Positions 16,629-18,576 of a stretch of 18,576 nt of DNA are shown here, piece by piece. Within the stretch, counting starts at the first letter, position 1; every line of letters starts with the position of its first letter. Under the pieces are notes generated by a model. It searched no databases and had not been told where the DNA came from. It saw nothing but the letters and a program-made list of their open reading frames with translations. The position numbers and the translations under genes are program-made. This stretch comes from Thainema sp. (GTDB lineage: Bacteria > Cyanobacteriota > Cyanobacteriia > Phormidesmidales > Phormidesmidaceae), in assembly GCA_052168235.1 (NCBI GenBank), contig JBQLZK010000097.1, positions 1 to 18,576 of the forward strand, in the 5' to 3' direction.

Positions 16629-17642
16629 ATGGCGATCAAGCTGACGGATGCTGACTATGACGACATGATGGCGCAGTTTGAGCAGCAGGGAGAACCCACT
16701 TATCGCTCGACTGAGTTAGGCTTTCAGTGCCAAATCCCCACTCAATGGGGGTCAGGATTAGGACGCGTTTTGATGCTGCGTAACGGGCTGACCATTCAAA
16801 TTGGTAAATTCAGCCTCAAACAGCCTGTCCACCACATTCGTCAGCATGAGACGGCATTTCCGCTGGTTGCCAAGTTTTATCTGTCAGGGGCATCGCGGGT
16901 TCGAACCCTGGATGCGTCAGATATTGACAACGACTACCAGGAAGTGGCGGGACGGCATTACCTCTATCATTTGCCGGATCTGACTGAAATTGAAGAATAT
17001 CCCGCTGACAAACTGCTCTACGTCATTGATATCTCCGCTGATCCGGCCTATTTCAGTACGTTTCGTCAACATGAAACTGCGATCGCAAAGTCCCTCCAAA
17101 AACTACTGGACGGTGACAGAACCCAACGGTTTCATCAACCCCTGGGCCGAATTACACCGCTGATGCGGGAACTGCTCAAGCAGCTTCTGAACTGTCCCTA
17201 TCATGGCCTGATGCAGCAGCTTTATTTGGAAAGTAAAGCCCTGGAGCTATTTGCCGCGCAGTTTTCAATTTGGACGGATGAACCTCCTGTTGCGCTCTCC
17301 CTGTCGCTCTGTGACCAGGATCTAGAGCAGATTCACCATGCCAAAGATATTTTGCTGCGGCACAGCCATCATCCCCCCTCATTAACCGATTTGGCCCGTC
17401 AGGTCGGCCTTAACGATCGCAAGCTGAATCGGGGCTTCCGGCAGCTATTTGGCACGACAGTGTTCGGCTATTTACAGGATTACCGCTTACAGCAGGCTCA
17501 ACAGCTGCTGCGCGACCCGGCCCTGACGATTGCTAGTGTGGCTGCCACGGTTGGCTACACCAGCCCAGAAGCCTTTAGTACCGCGTTTCGCCGCAAGTTT
17601 GCCGTTAGCCCCAAAGCCTATCAACTGAGCCAGCGAGCTTAG
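16629..17642 (+). CDS. AraC/PchR-like transcriptional regulator 2 (intact, 337 aa)
   Basis: YLESKALEL, PPSLTDLARQVGLNDRKLNRGFRQLFGTTVFGYL, VGYTSPEAFSTAFRRKFAVSPKAY. Collinear paralog of 5799-6812. Confidence 0.95.
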   Translation: MAIKLTDADYDDMMAQFEQQGEPTYRSTELGFQCQIPTQWGSGLGRVLMLRNGLTIQIGKFSLKQPVHHIRQHETAFPLVAKFYLSGASRVRTLDASDIDNDYQEVAGRHYLYHLPDLTEIEEYPADKLLYVIDISADPAYFSTFRQHETAIAKSLQKLLDGDRTQRFHQPLGRITPLMRELLKQLLNCPYHGLMQQLYLESKALELFAAQFSIWTDEPPVALSLSLCDQDLEQIHHAKDILLRHSHHPPSLTDLARQVGLNDRKLNRGFRQLFGTTVFGYLQDYRLQQAQQLLRDPALTIASVAATVGYTSPEAFSTAFRRKFAVSPKAYQLSQRA

Positions 17643-17682
17643 CGCAAACGGTCACGATCCCGCCGCCAAAAATCAGCAACTC

Positions 17683-17724
17683 CAAAAAGTCGCTCTCGCA
17701 AAGAAAAAAGTCGCTCTCGCGAAG
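17683..17724 (+). promoter_or_regulatory. Two tandem 21-bp direct repeats, candidate AraC operator of receptor 2
   Basis: CAAAAAGTCGCTCTCGCAAAG / AAAAAAGTCGCTCTCGCGAAG (19/21 identical), at the same position relative to -35/-10 as 6924-6965. Confidence 0.65.
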
Positions 17725-17725
17725 A

Positions 17726-17783
17726 TTGCGATCGCAACTGCCAACTATCATGCTCGTACTTCCTAATAGGAATAATTAGCATT
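17726..17783 (+). promoter_or_regulatory. Receptor 2 promoter and Fur-box-like site
   Basis: TTGCGA (17726-17731)-17 bp-CATGCT (17749-17754); AATAGGAATAATTAGCATT (17765-17783). Confidence 0.6.
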
Positions 17784-17816
17784 AGCCGAGATAGCGTTGG
17801 TGTGAGTGAGTAAAGC

Positions 17817-18448
17817 ATGATGAATGTACTGATGAGCCTGTCGTTGATGACACTGGCGGGAGGGCTGCTGCTGACGATGCCGTCTGCTGGAGCCGCAGAG
17901 GATTTGGGGCTGAATGAAGTAGGTGCGATCGCAAATAATACCAAGTCAAACTCAATTGAACCTGCTGCCACCACGGTTGAAGAATGGCGGACGCAACTCG
18001 TCCAGGCTGAGCGAGTTGAGATTACGAATGTTCAGGTTGAGGAAACGGCAGACGGCTTTACTCTGCGATTAGAAGCGACTGGTGAGCTGGCGACCCCTGC
18101 CATATCCGTGACAGGTAATGCTGCGATCGCAGATATCCCCATGCAGTACTAAACCTACCCGATGGTGCAGACTTCTTTGCGAGCAGTCCCGCCGAGGGAA
18201 TCGTGCTGATCAACGTGACGAACTTGCCAGACAACCAGGTGCGGATTGCGATTACGGGCACGGATGCCGCTACTGGCCTCACAGTGAGTGTCACTCCTGG
18301 CGATCCAACGGCTCAAACCCCAGATGACGACTCCATTCAAATCAGTGTGACTGGTGAGCCGGCCTACCTGTGCCTGGGTTTACCTGGCCCCATTGGCACA
18401 GAGCTGTATCTAGAAGAACTGCAAGAGCAACTGCTGCCAGAAAACTAG
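17817..18448 (+). pseudogene. Remnant of a second TonB-dependent receptor (signal peptide + AMIN) fused by deletion to the last 29 codons of a second FecB-like gene
   Basis: Collinear with the receptor 1 N-terminus. One base is lost at ~18141 (CCC AAT GCA to CCC ATG CA). After SIQISVTGE (ends 18358) the frame reads PAYLCLGLPGPIGTELYLEELQEQL, matching the C-terminus of 9624-10673. Confidence 0.92.
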
Positions 18449-18576
18449 CGGATGCAGTACAGAAACCAATACGGATTAGTTGTTCGTAAGATGAAATAAG
18501 TCACGGGTAGTGGTATTCAGGTAATGGGAACCTCGATTAATTGAGGTTTTGGGACAAGGGTGTCTCATTTGAGACC

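Larger units (their letters stand above)
653..18130. repeat. Dispersed HIP1 octamers (GCGATCGC), at least 19 copies
   Basis: Seen by eye near 653, 5597, 5802, 7140, 7344, 8206, 9678, 9934, 10533, 11687, 12634, 13208, 14660, 15256, 15754, 17079, 17728, 17924, 18123. A cyanobacterial signature; none seen in the IS or isiAB. Confidence 0.9.

Overview
Cyanobacterial DNA (at least 19 HIP1 GCGATCGC sites, isiA, AMIN-domain TonB-dependent receptors) in two parts. Bases 1-1902 look like the right end of an element integrated at tRNA-Gly(CCC). This end has a 3' tRNA fragment (att-like), an 11-bp tandem repeat resembling integrase arm sites, a GNAT acetyltransferase + hypothetical two-gene operon and one orphan ORF. 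A frameshifted ISAs1-family IS follows, then a cluster for iron starvation and siderophore uptake with many Fur-like boxes: isiA, isiB, AraC-1, TonB-dependent receptor, FecB-like lipoprotein, a long TonB, exbBD, two FecCD permeases, AraC-2 and a second receptor module. The cluster appears to be decaying. isiB and AraC-1 each carry one in-frame stop, and the second receptor is frameshifted and fused to the tail of its binding protein by an inferred ~3 kb deletion. Both receptor promoters share one architecture (two 21-bp direct repeats, -35/-10, Fur-like box) but have different repeat cores. Three intergenic long hairpins with GC-NNN-GC caps may be miniature mobile elements. All calls come from reading the sequence by eye; no searches were run.
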